NCBI RefSeq assembly: GCF_006345805.1
Contig: NC_043000.1
Span: 156,550,001-156,614,000, forward strand
Length of the DNA stretch: 64,000 nt
Source of the DNA: Octopus sinensis
Taxonomy: Eukaryota
Direction: 5' to 3'
Below the pieces are notes generated by a model, which was given only the letters and a program-made list of their open reading frames with translations, searched no databases and was not told the DNA's origin. Shown here one piece after another: positions 36,271 through 49,287 of the stretch (position 1 is the first letter of the stretch; every line of letters starts with the position of its first letter). The position numbers and the translations under genes are program-made.

Positions 36271-37206
36271 CAACACAACTCGCTATGACAAAGTGAGTGA
36301 GGTACAACCATCGAATGAAGAGGAGTGAGCCTGCAAGAGTAACAAGATGTTGCAACGGGGACCTTGGATTTGATGGGAGTAAGCGGTAACCGCAGAGTAT
36401 CACGACTAGAGGGTAGAGAGTCAACGGATTAAAATTTCTGATTTCAGCAGTTTACAATGTTCTACTGAGCCCATCCAAATTGTTCAGCGGAGTAAAGTTG
36501 GAGTTGCCAGCTTTGTACGCCGTGTCTGAGAAGGGGGTCACCATCTTTCTAAAATCCCGGGTGAGTTATTTTGACTCAAGTGAAAGAATTTACATAAAAG
36601 CTTTCATAAGAACTAGGGATGTTAGACCCCTGGGTAACATAACATGGATCGGTCAACATAAATAAAGAAAAGCATAAAGACCATGTCCGTGGATCATGCT
36701 TGAGATGAGATTGCTTAGCTGTGATGTCTCTTCTTCATATTCATACATGAAAAGCTTATATCAAACTATCCTGGTTGCGTAATACTTTGAACGAAGTCTT
36801 TATCATTCTGTCCTTTTATTTATTATGTTTTTTTTTTTAAGTATGTATTGGGTCACATAATCCATTATGCAGAAGATTCAGCTGCTATTTCTTGAAGGAC
36901 GAGCGACTAACTGGAGGGCTCAGACAATTAACAGACTTTATTTCTGAGAAAATGAGATCATTTAATCTAAAGGTCAAGATTTTGATGAGGTAATAGAGCT
37001 AATTGACAAGTATGAGGAAAAGAACTACGCCAGCAGATATTGCCAGGGAGATAAATACGTATATTCATGAGGTATTCTGATGATTTCATCAAAAGCAGGC
37101 AACCGGTCATCGACCTACATCAGTTATCAATTACATATATATGTGTGCGTATATGTCTGTCTGTTTGTATGTATGTATATATGTATGCTTATTATATATA
37201 TAAATG

Positions 37207-37247
<41 letters not shown>

Positions 37248-37370
37248 AAATATATATATATACATACATTAATACAAGCATAATATATATGTATACATAC
37301 ATATATATATATATATACATACATTAATACAAGCATATATATATTTATACATATATATATAATATATATG

Positions 37371-37420
<50 letters not shown>

Positions 37421-37895
37421 ACACATATATAGACATATATATACACATATATAATAAACATATGACTATATGATTATATGTGTGTATGTATCTGTCTATC
37501 TACCTATCTAATCTATCTCTACATGAACATTTTGCCTCATGCAAATAGAGACGCAGGCTTCAATTTACATCTAACAATACCTCTTTTCAAATAATTTGAG
37601 ATCGGAAATAACAGCGATCCAAATAAGGGAATAGGATTTACGTGTAAATCACCAAGCAGGTGACTGCACACTTAATTACTCCAGAATGACCTTTCTCTTC
37701 GAGTAGGTATAACCCACCATCGCTTGAATAGATTTGTAACACTGAGACTCGGCGAACATATTCCTTTATCTGTGCGTGTTACTACACATTTTTTTTTTTT
37801 ACTGTCTGTATGTATGCGCACGACTCAAGATTATTGTTAGCAGAAGCGAGTGGGAGGCAGCCAGTTACAGGTAGATAAGTCAGCAAGACCATTGT

Positions 37896-38040
<145 letters not shown>

Positions 38041-38220
38041 TTGTAAAAAATGAAGTTATAAAATGCTGCTGTATTATACAATTTTTAATTTTTATATATA
38101 CCATTATAACATGTTTCAGTCCTGAAATGAACCTTATCAAAAAAAGTTATTATAAAAGAGACCGCTCATGCCGTCAAACACAAGATTCATTTATAATACA
38201 CAACGGAGTCAGACATCTTG

Positions 38221-38286
38221 AGTTCATGTATAGTTGATATATAGTTCATGTATAGTTGATATATAGTTCATGTATAGTTGATATAT
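38221..38286. repeat. 22-bp tandem repeat x3
   Basis: AGTTCATGTATAGTTGATATAT x3. Confidence 0.9.
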
Positions 38287-38496
38287 AGTTTGAAGTATAT
38301 GTTCCACAGTGTTCGATGCAGTGCCCACGGTGGCGATACGTTTTCCATACAAAAACAGATCAAAGTGGTGAAAGCGGTCAATACAGAAGATTGATGTTTC
38401 CGAAAGAGCGAGGAATTCATTTTACCTTAAGCAATTGTGATGACCCATGGTGGAGTTCGCTGGGTGGTTGCTAGTGATTTTTTGTGAAATGCTTGG

Positions 38497-38864
38497 TTTT
38501 ATAATGCCTTTAGGTGGTCAATCTAGCGTAGCGTGACTCATCAATGTTTTGACCAATCGTTTCGTTAGGTGGCTTTAATCAAGTGGAACGGGACGTCATC
38601 ATTATTTTGACCAATCGCTGTATTATAACTCCCTCTTGTTTGTTTCCTGTCTTGACCAGTCGCTTCGTTAGTCAAGCATAGCGGGATGTCATCCAGATTC
38701 TGCCCAATCACGACTTATAGTACATTAGATCTGCCCCCTGTCTGTCTTGTTAGGTGACTATTCAAGCAGAAAAGGACGTCATCAATATTCTGACTATGAC
38801 TGTCCCCTGTTTGTATCCTGTTCCATTCTAGCAGAGCTAGACGTCATCAACTTGTTGACCAATC
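38497..38864 (-). promoter_or_regulatory. Putative PLE pseudo-LTR promoter: five CCAAT + CRE/AP-1-like modules and TATA
   Basis: GACGTCATC-N7-TGACCAATC modules at 38533, 38592, 38685, 38775 and 38840 (some degenerate); TATAAAA on minus at 38503-38497. Confidence 0.5.
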
Positions 38865-39759
38865 AAATCGGGTCTGACCCTTAGCTGTATCGTATGTACA
38901 GGGTCAGATTTGCACGAAAGAATTTTTTCCCCTTTTTTTTTTTTTTTTTTTTTTTTTTTACTAAGGCATATTTCCGTCAGAGTGAGTGTCTGTTTGAAGT
39001 AGTGGCCGTGGTGAAATTTGGTTATCCTTTTCGGAGGACTTATCTTTTGTTTTAGTATTCCTGGCCCAGGGTGTTTAAACTGGTCTAATTTTTTTATGAA
39101 ATATAGTTCTTTATTTTGGCGTTGTTGAAGTTGCGTTGTCACTGAATTTATAGAGCGGGTTAGTTGTAAATTTCGGATTTCACATTTCCTCCAGCACATC
39201 TATCTATGTGTCCGCTGACCGGTATTTTGCGGTATCAGGTTTCTAATTTGTGATTTATGCACCGCCATCCTGTTACGTAAGCTATTTTTGTATGGCCTAT
39301 ATACTGCCTATTGCAGCCTGCGCATGTTATGACGTAAATTAAGTTTTCTGATGCGCAGGTGAAGTTTGTTCTAATATATTATATCTATATATATATATAT
39401 ATGTATATGGCGTTGCCACTGATGAGAACTTCGTCTAGCAGTAGGTATGGCCGTAAAAAAAAAAGGTAAAAGATTTTTTTTTCATTCCCTTCGAAATTAC
39501 TCTTAAATGTGGTTTTGGTTGTTTTGACTGCTACTTCCAGCATGTAAGGTTGCCTGTTAAGGGTCGTCTCTTTTGTGTTTAAATGTACAATAATTTTAAA
39601 TGGGATATATATATATATATAATGGAACAAAAACGCAATAGAAGACAAAACATTTGGACAGATAGACAATACAAAAGTGTAAGGGAAATACAAAAATTAG
39701 AAGGCAAGGAAAAAAAAGACAAGTCATTTGTGGCCTTCTTTCCCTAGTATCATCCAACA

Positions 39760-40410
39760 ACATTAGAGACCTTGGAGTAATTGTTGATAACAATCTAAGC
39801 TGGAGTTTCTACGTAAACAGCAAGGTTGATTTGGTCCGCAAGATGTGCTCCTGGATTTTGAAAACTTTCTGGTCTAGAGACGCTTACACCATCATCCTTC
39901 TCTACTCTACTCTTGCCCGACCCCACCTTGAATACTGGTGCCCTGTGTGATGTCCCCACACGAAGCAAAACATTATGAAAGTGAAAGCCCTTCAGAGGTC
40001 AATAACAAGAAAGATAGACAGTATGACAGGTATTAACTACTGGGGTCGATTAAAACAATTCAGTTTTGACTCTCTCCGGTGTCGCCGCGAGCGCCACATC
40101 ATTTGTGTGATGTGGAAAATATTCTATCAATATTGTAGAAATGATGCTGGAATCAATTTTAAAATCCACCCAAGACTTAGCCCCCGTGCTATCTGCCCAC
40201 AACAAAAATCGAACTCAAGACTCATAACAACATTACTACACAACTACTTATCTCAACCGGTTCAGTTCTCTTTAATATTATACCAAAATCCACCAAAACA
40301 GAAACACATCTTATAAAATTCAAAAGTCCTCTGGACAAATTTCTCCAAAAATTCCTGGACCTACCTCCTACCCCGGATATGTCTCCAACAATAATAACTC
40401 TTTGCTAGAG
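39760..40410 (+). mobile_element. CR1-group LINE, RT C-terminal and 3' fragment
   Basis: RDLGVIVDNNLSW, LARPHLEY.CPV, LQRSITRKI..YWGRLK..SLRCRRER. Confidence 0.85.
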
Positions 40411-40597
40411 TGGGCCATGGTATATGTCCCATATATGTCCCATATATATGTCCCATATATGATTGAGGTTTGAATCACGATCTGAAAGACTTCACCAGGT
40501 GGTGCTATTAAGTCATACACGGCCTGGCCGAAACCTATCTATATATATGTGTATATATGTATGTATCTATATATTTACATATACACACACGTATAAG

Positions 40598-40660
<63 letters not shown>

Positions 40661-40670
40661 CTATTATCTA

Positions 40671-40719
<49 letters not shown>

Positions 40720-40759
40720 TTGCTTGTCTGTCTGTCTGTCTATGTGTCTATCTATCTAT

Positions 40760-41300
40760 CACCAAGATGGTGGCAGCGTGAGGCGAATGTCAGGATGGAT
40801 TTTGAGAACAAAGGACTAGTTTTATGGAGAACATTTGTCCTCAGCCGTCTGGACAACTGCTCTCAACTGTGGTCACTTTAAGGTGCCAGATTAATAGCGG
40901 AACTTGAGACAGTTCAGCGATGTTACGCCAGGAAGATTGCATCAGTGAACAGCTGAGCTACTGGGAGAGACTGAAAGAGTTACGATTCAACTCCCTGAAG
41001 CAAAGACGGGAAAGCTATGCAGTGGTAAATGTATGGAAAATCTTGGAGGGGATGGCACCAAACTTTAGAATCGAGATCTATACTAGCCTCCAAAATGGAC
41101 GTCACTGCACTTTCCAAAGATCCCAGCTATCTAGTGTGAGGAACATGTACTACAATAGCTTGGGATTCAAGGGTTCGCAGTTATTTAACGCCTTGCCAAA
41201 ACATCTGAGGGATCTACACGGAGTGGGGGATAGATGTTTTCAATAAACCACTTGATCTGTTATCCAAGGTCTCAACGCAGGAAACTCAAAAGCAGGCAAC
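40760..41300 (+). mobile_element. CR1-group LINE 3' fragment
   Basis: SYWERLKELRFNSLKQRRESY..WKILEGMAPN, NSLGFKGSQLFNALPKHLRDL. Confidence 0.85.
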
Positions 41301-41781
41301 AGTTTCGATCTTCCTCTTTCACCAAATGCCAGTCACATAGAATTGGTCGTTAAATGGGTGATTACACTGGCGGTTCCCCAGCATGGCTACTGCCTTAGGG
41401 CTAAAACATGTAAAAGAATAAAAGAATATGAGAATATATACGGAGGCAATTATATGGTTAAACAAGTCTGCACCTTTTGCTTTCTCTCGTTTTGCATATA
41501 TACATATATACATATTTGGTATTTCATACCCAAACTATTATATTTAAAATATTTAGTATATTTAATATATTTAATGTATCCACATAATTGCTTCCATACC
41601 CGCTCAACTATTTTTTACCTTTCCTTACCTTGTGGAATCGATCCCCTGTAAAGACATCGGAGTCCAAATTGGATTCTTTTGAGCACTACAAAGTGTCTTC
41701 TATACTGAGAATCTCTGGATCTCATTTGTGAACTATATATATATATATATATAGATATATTATACATATATATATATTAAC

Positions 41782-41838
<57 letters not shown>

Positions 41839-41858
41839 TGTGTGTGTGTGTGTGTGTG

Positions 41859-41900
<42 letters not shown>

Positions 41901-42049
41901 CAGTATGAGTGTGTGTGTGTATGAAGCGAGAGAGAAAGTGAGAAAGATATATATATATAATACATATTTACGCACTCACACACAGATACTCAGATGGATG
42001 AGTGTATGTGTGTGCGTGCGCGCGCTTGTAAGTGTGCCTGTGTGTTACA

Positions 42050-42370
42050 ATTAGGATTGTTAAATGATAAATTTACACATACACATATCACCTGAAATTT
42101 CAGCACGTTAAACGAAGCCTTGAAAGCAAAGCTATCATAGATAAGCAGAGGTGCAGATCCTGTAACAGTCACCGATGTATTCTCGTTTAGAAATGCATAT
42201 TAATACGACAAAAGAAGTGGAAATAGCTACAAACTTGCAGACAATAGAAGCCAGGTGTAATAATCGATGTAGGCTATGTGGAATGAATGTTGAAAGTATG
42301 ACTCACGTTATTATACGTTGTCCGACATTGAAACTGCGTATTAACCTCCAGCGAGGCATTGTGTTAGAGT
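42050..42370 (+). mobile_element. RLE-type LINE zinc-knuckle fragment
   Basis: NNRCRLCGMNVESMTHVIIRCP (CCHC knuckle). Confidence 0.55.
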
Positions 42371-42789
42371 AGAAATGTTTGTGCAAAACAACGGTTTCTG
42401 AAACACAACTCAGGACATTGACACAGTGAACGTGTCAATGGAACGCAGAAGCCAAACTGGAAGTGTTCTGCATGGTGGTCTTCCACTTAGGAGAAATAGC
42501 TACAAAATCTCCATTCCAGCAATCATTCTCTGCTGCTGTCTTAAAGAAATTAAAGGACGCATTGGACAATATAGCTTTCCATATAAAAAAAAGGAGGGAT
42601 GCTCTGGAAAAGTATATACATACATACATATATGGGGACATCTTCTTTAGTCTCGGACTGACCAATATTTTGTAAGTGCAATGCGGTAGGCAATATCTAT
42701 GCGGAAATTCGTCGCATTTGCGTATGTCTAATACATACATCGGTGAAAAATATCAATATTGGTATCACCAATAAAGATTTTATGGAGTA

Positions 42790-43087
42790 CTAGCAGTATC
42801 GCCCGGCGTTGCTCGGGTTTGTAAGGGAAATAACTATATAAGCATTTTTAGAGAGTTACTTCCCTTACATAATAGCAAAAAATATGCATTAAAAATGGGA
42901 AAAATGATGGTAAATTTTTTTTAAATCGTAGACTCATCGTAGACGCGCGCTAATACCCAGAAGGGCTCGATATGAATCACGACTATAAGATACCCGGTTT
43001 TGGTTACACTGCACCGCAAAATGTGGGAGTAGTTAGGAATCTAAATCGTAGGAGACAGACACACAACTTCATTTTTATATATAAAGA
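42790..43087 (-). mobile_element. Non-autonomous Helitron (298 bp)
   Basis: 5' TC ... CTAG 3', inserted at A^T without TSD; empty site visible in the paralogue at 44560/44561. Confidence 0.95.
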
Positions 43088-43469
43088 TATCTTAGATAAA
43101 ACCGTAAACTGGTATATTTTTCAAACAAATACATTGTGGTATTTGCTCCACCCGAGTCGTATAAACGCTCCCTTATTACTCATATCCTCGTAAAACCAGT
43201 GAACCAGTGATTGTCTCCTTGTAATGGGCAACTAACAATGTTATTCTTCAGAAGAAGCAACTTAAAATATAAAATCAAATTAAACAATAACTAAAATATC
43301 AAAAGAAATTATAAAATATCGAGAGAACGTGAAATAATTCGTTTTGGGGATAGTGGATCTCGAAGCACATATATTTATAAATAATAGTTTGTAAATAAAA
43401 ATACAGGTGGCGTGTGGTGTCTGTGTGAGTGAGTGTGTTAACAGAACTTGGAGAAAAGTATATACATAC

Positions 43470-43710
43470 ATGGGACAAGAATAATGACTTACTTACAACA
43501 ATAACGACTTACTTACATGGGGACAAGACTAATGACTTACTTACAAGAATAACGACTTACTTGCATGGAGACAAGAATAATGACTTACTTACAAGAATAA
43601 CGACTTACTTACATGGGGACAAGAATAATGACTTACTTACATGGGGACAAGAATAATGACTTACTAACATGGGGACAAGAATAATGACTTACAAGAATAA
43701 TGACTTACTT
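43470..43710. repeat. Minisatellite of alternating sub-units
   Basis: GACAAGAATAATGACTTACTTAC(ATGGG) and AAGAATAACGACTTACTTAC variants. Confidence 0.9.
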
Positions 43711-44980
43711 GATAAATCTATTATGTCTGAAAAAAAAGAAAAAGAAACCAAAACGGATGGCCACGGTTGGATTCCTTTTCATAATACATCTGCCGGAACA
43801 GGGCTGACCACCTGGGGGCTAAACAGCAACAAAAGCATCGATCAAAGGCATATATATTGGAGAGAGAGAGAGAGAGAGAGAGAATGGAAAATGAGAACTG
43901 TTGAAGATAACCAATGAGAAATCAACCAAACAGAATTCAGTGTTTTCCGCCAGGAACTCTAGAAATAGCAGCTAAGTTACCTGTTATGGGAGAATCCTGA
44001 AAACCCTCATGTGACTGCACATGGACAAACCGATTACAATAGATAAGAACTGAGTGAACTATCATTGTTGTTGACATTGTTGGTTGGACGTGTGTTGGTT
44101 TACCAGTCGGGAGTTGAACAGTGAATATTGTGTGTCATACCGACGTTCGAGTGGTACGGAGTGCATTCTGTGTTAATATACGATAGATTATTTTAGATTA
44201 TTTTTAGATAACGGCAACCAAATATTTATTTACGTAATGCCGTTTTATACCAGACGTGTATGTCCACCTATTAACATTACACCAAAGTACATACTTCGTA
44301 ACATCTTAATGAAAGGAAAACTTAGACACACTGCATCTGGATTTGATAAAAGTAAACGTAAAAAAAAAGGACGGAATGGTCATGCCTAGCACGCTTTTGA
44401 TCATAGTTCATCTTCTTTAGTCTCTGACTGACCAATATTTTGTAAGTGCAATGCGGTAGGCAATATCTATGCGGAAATTCGTCGCATTAGTGTATGTCAA
44501 CGTACATACATCGGTGAAAAATATCAATACTGATATCACCAATAAAGATTTTATGGAGTATATCTTAGATAAAACCGTAAACTGGTATATTTTTCAAACA
44601 AATACTTTGTGGTATTTGCTCCACCCGAGTCGCATAAACGCTCCCTTGTTACTCATATCCTCGTAAAACCAGTGAACCAGTGATTGTCTCCTTGTAATGG
44701 GCAACTAACAATGCTATTCTTCAGAAGAAGCAACTTAAAATATAAAATCAAACTAAACAATAACTAAAATATCAAAAGAAATTATAAAATTTCGAGAGAA
44801 CGTGAAATAATTCCTTTTGGGGATAGTGGATCTCGAAGCACATAAATTTATAAATAATAGTTTGTAAATAAAAATACAGGTGGCGTGTGGTGTCTGTGTG
44901 AATGAGTGCCTTAACAAAAACCGGGGGAAAGTTAATACATACATACATGTATGTATATTGTGTATATATATATATATATA

Positions 44981-45029
<49 letters not shown>

Positions 45030-45114
45030 GTACTACATACATACCTATATAGTATATATATATAATATACTCATATATACATACATGTATGTATATATAT
45101 ATATATATATGGTG

Positions 45115-45145
<31 letters not shown>

Positions 45146-45177
45146 GTGTGTGTGTGTGTATGTGTGTGCAAGCGTGC

Positions 45178-45217
<40 letters not shown>

Positions 45218-45396
45218 CGTGTATTTAGGTATATTGTTATGTGTGTTTGTATGTATTAATCTCTGGTTTTGTGTCGAATTAAATAAAAGAAATACAATTT
45301 AATATTAAACTGGAGAATTACTCAATCTTCATGTAGCGCACAAGAAGGACTACAGTGACTTCGAAGTCACTGTCAACCCTCTTCTTGTAAAAGTAT

Positions 45397-45442
<46 letters not shown>

Positions 45443-45613
45443 AAGGTAAATAACGTTAGCCGTTGGAATATCCGTCTAAAGGCATAAGAATATCCGTTAT
45501 TACTATTGGTATAAATTACCTATGTTAACCCTGGGCATGGATATGCAAGCAAACTCTGCTCAGTGGATACAGGCAACAACAGAATGAAATAGAGTTTATC
45601 AGGAATCAAATTT

Positions 45614-45826
45614 AAATTAAGCAGAAAATGGAGAAAAATTTTGATCAACAAATTGATTACCATCGGTTGTTATTAAAAAAAGTAATTACCGATGGTAGTT
45701 AATTTGTTTGTTCATCAAATTTTGATCAACAAATTGATTACCATCGGTTGTTATTAAAAAAAGTAATTACCGATGGTAGTTAATTTGTTTGTTCATCAAA
45801 AATTTTTCCCATTTTCATCTTAATTT
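45614..45826. repeat. Palindrome with exactly duplicated 81-bp central hairpin
   Basis: Units 45639-45719 and 45720-45800 are identical; outer inverted arms AAATTAAG..GAAAAA / TTTTTC..CTTAATTT. Confidence 0.9.
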
Positions 45827-45833
45827 ATATATA

Positions 45834-46200
45834 TGGTTCCGGGTTCAGTCCCACTGCGTGGCACCTTGCGCAAGTGTCTTCTACTATAGCCCCGGGCCGA
45901 CCAAAGCCTTGTGAGTGGAATTGGTAGATGGAAACTGAAAGAAGCTCGTCGTATATATGTATATGTGTGTGTGTGTGTGCGCGTGTGTGTTTCTGTGTCT
46001 GTGTTTGTCCTCCTAGCATTGCTTGACAACCGATGCTGGTGTGTTTATGTCCCCGTCATTTAGCGGTTCGGCAAAAGAGACCGATAGAATAAGTACTGGG
46101 TTTACAAAGAATAAGTCCCGGGGTCGAGCTGCTCAATTAAAGGCGGTGCTCTAGCATGGTCGCAGTCAAGTGACTGAAACAAGTAAAAGAGTAAAAGAGT
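45834..46200 (+). mobile_element. SINE family A, 5'-truncated
   Basis: Starts at box B; tail AAAAGAGT x2. Confidence 0.9.
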
Positions 46201-46224
46201 ATATATATATATATATATATATAT

Positions 46225-46728
46225 ACTCTTTTACTTGTTTCAGTCATTTGACTGTGGCCAAGGTGGAGCACCGCCTTTAGTCGAGCAAATCGATCCCAGG
46301 ACTTATTCTTTGTAAGCCTAGTACTTATTCTATCGGTCTCTTTTGCCGAACCGCAAAGTTACCGGGACGTAAACGCACCATCATCAGTTGTCAAGCGATG
46401 TTGGGAGGACAAACACAGACACACAAACATATACACACATATACATACATACATACATACATACATACACACATACATACATACATACATACATACATAC
46501 ATACATACATACATACTATATACACATACATACATATATAAATACATACATGCATACATATATATAGCGGGCTTCTTTCAGTTTCCGTCTACCAATTCCA
46601 CTCACAAAGCTTTGATCGGATCGAGGCTATAGTAGAAGACACTTGACCAAGATGCCACGCAGTGGTACTGAACCCGGAACGATGTGGTTGGTAAGCAAGC
46701 TACTTACCACACAGCTACTCCTATGCCT
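46225..46728 (-). mobile_element. SINE family A, full length, (CATA)n core
   Basis: Tail-to-tail with the previous copy across (TA)n. Confidence 0.9.
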
Positions 46729-46730
46729 AT

Positions 46731-46762
<32 letters not shown>

Positions 46763-46924
46763 CATATATATGCTTGTGTGTGCTTGTGTGTTTGTTAGTT
46801 TGTTTGTGTCTGTGTATATCAAGAAAGGGAGTGGCACATAGGCACCACATGTACACGTACATACGCATACACACACACATATACGAATTCATGCACACGA
46901 CACTCATACACCTACTAAAACCGA

Positions 46925-47330
46925 GGAAATCGATACAGTTGATTTACAGCTCAAACGCCTGAAAATCGACGCCTGCGCGAGAAATAACGTTAGGAAAGAA
47001 TTTTGGAGGGAGGCCGCTCTCTGGAGGAAGGATAGGGAGAAAGTTATTCATTAGAGGCCATGGATTGATTAAAGAAGAGCCGGATATGTTGGATGGGCGT
47101 GGGTGGAGAGTAGAATACAGTTAGAGGAAGAACAACTGATAAGAGCTGAAATATCTTCAGTTCTTCAAGAGGAAGGTTAGTCTTTGGGATCCACTCTTAG
47201 CTATGTTAGCTATGCCAAGTCGCTAGAAAAGATCATCAGTGATTGCAAGGCGTAGCATTTGTACTGACGTTGAGTGTTCTAACAGCGATTTCTTCATGAC
47301 TAATGATGGTGAGGTGTAAGATTGTTTGTT
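46925..47330 (-). mobile_element. Decayed CR1-like LINE 3' end
   Basis: Weak resemblance: CSS..STHAHP..RAASLQNSF. Confidence 0.35.
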
Positions 47331-47402
47331 TGATATGAGTATTGATAGGGCATTTGTGCTCTTTTGCGTATAAATATACACATATAGAATGTATATATAT
47401 AG

Positions 47403-47444
<42 letters not shown>

Positions 47445-47446
47445 GT

Positions 47447-47477
<31 letters not shown>

Positions 47478-47540
47478 GTATATATACGTACACACGCGCA
47501 CAACACAACATACACTAATGATGTATATATATATATATAT

Positions 47541-47577
<37 letters not shown>

Positions 47578-49012
47578 TAGACGCAGGTGTGGGGTGTGTA
47601 GTAGCAAGTTGACTTCCCAGTCACATGTTTCCGGGTTCAGTTCCACTGCCAAGCACCTTGGCCAAATGTCTAGTCCCCAGCCAGATCAAACATCTGTGTG
47701 TGTGTGTGTGTGTGTACTTTGTAACACGTTTGTCGGAATATTATTCCGACCTCAATTCCTGAGCAGTGATTTATTTTACGGATTACAGAAGGGTAACTAA
47801 GATATGATTGGAGCTCGAGATGTAAAGAGACCCGAATAAATCATAGAGTATTTTAGCCGATACTATTCATTGTCATCAGTCACCCTACATGAACACACAC
47901 ACACAGACATAGAGGATACTTGCCTTAATTTTTCCACTTACCACCTGGCAATATTTTGAAAGTAATTTTACCTCCGCTCTGTTGTGTCTAGTAATCTGAG
48001 TTAAAACTTCAACCATAATTAAACAACCGACAAAGAGGAAATTTACAACACAATTTTTAAACATTATTACTGTAATTTCAAATAACAATCTGATCCAATG
48101 ACAATCTGATACAACAACCCGAATCTTCTGAATTCGACTGCTCTATTAATAACACATGATATATATACATGAAAAGTGGTAAAAAGAAAAACACTTATTA
48201 ATATTTTTCAAAAGAAAAGTCTATTTCGAAATTTCTTCTCAATTAAATTTTTTTCATAATTATAATTTAAAAAAAAGGTACGAATCCATAATTAGTTACT
48301 TCATCCGTTGAGTAGTTGAAATTTACCCGCTGGTGGTAAATTTACTCCAGTTTAGGAACTTCCATCTATGTGGATTTAAGATCCAGTCTGGTATATGTAG
48401 AGTCTACACCCAATATTTCATTGCCAGGGGCAACTATATACCTATTTTCACTTCACTTCCACAATGAAATGATCAGATCCTTTTGTGACATATGATCTCC
48501 ACAATAGGATATCACCAAAACATGGGTAACCTTTTTCGAAAAGCGGGCCGCACAAGACATGGCTCGTTTTCAAACAGGTCACACTACTAAAAATATTCTA
48601 GGTAATTTTTCGTTTGCGTGCCATTCAGAAAGTCCCGCGGGCCGCAGTTTGCCTATAGTCTCTAACCATTCCATAGATTTTTGGAATTGTACATTTTGTA
48701 TATTTACTTCAAATGTAATGCGATTGTGACAATTATTTCACTGGGTTTTTGCTAGGGCCTCATTCTAGCCATAAACCTCCTTTTTACTCATTCTAAACGT
48801 TCCTTTAATTGCAGTCGTTTGATCACCATGCGCTATGTTTATTAATCCGTCACTTCCTGGAAATCAGATTGATGACCTAAATGTGTTTCTGTAAGTATAT
48901 GATCAATGCAATCCATATTCATAATGTTTATAGAAACACGCATATAAATATGTATGCGTGTGTGTGCATCATTTAACACCCACCCACACATAGAGAGGTA
49001 GATTGATAGATA

Positions 49013-49068
<56 letters not shown>

Positions 49069-49086
49069 AAATATAGATAGATAGAT

Positions 49087-49119
<33 letters not shown>

Positions 49120-49142
49120 AAAATATAGATAGATAGATAGAG

Positions 49143-49177
<35 letters not shown>

Positions 49178-49202
49178 GAGATAGATAGATAGATAGATAG
49201 AG

Positions 49203-49245
<43 letters not shown>

Positions 49246-49246
49246 G

Positions 49247-49277
<31 letters not shown>

Positions 49278-49287
49278 GAGATAGATA

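Larger units (their letters stand above)
42639..44948. repeat. Dispersed direct duplication of about 530 bp
   Basis: 42639-43469 (with Helitron) versus 44409-44948 (without). Confidence 0.9.

Noticed and set aside
43470-43710. CRISPR-like regular repeats
   Set aside because: No unique spacers, eukaryotic context, no cas genes; it is a minisatellite.
48540-48665. GCGGGCCGCA motifs resembling hAT-MITE subtermini
   Set aside because: No clear TIR pair or 8-bp TSD.
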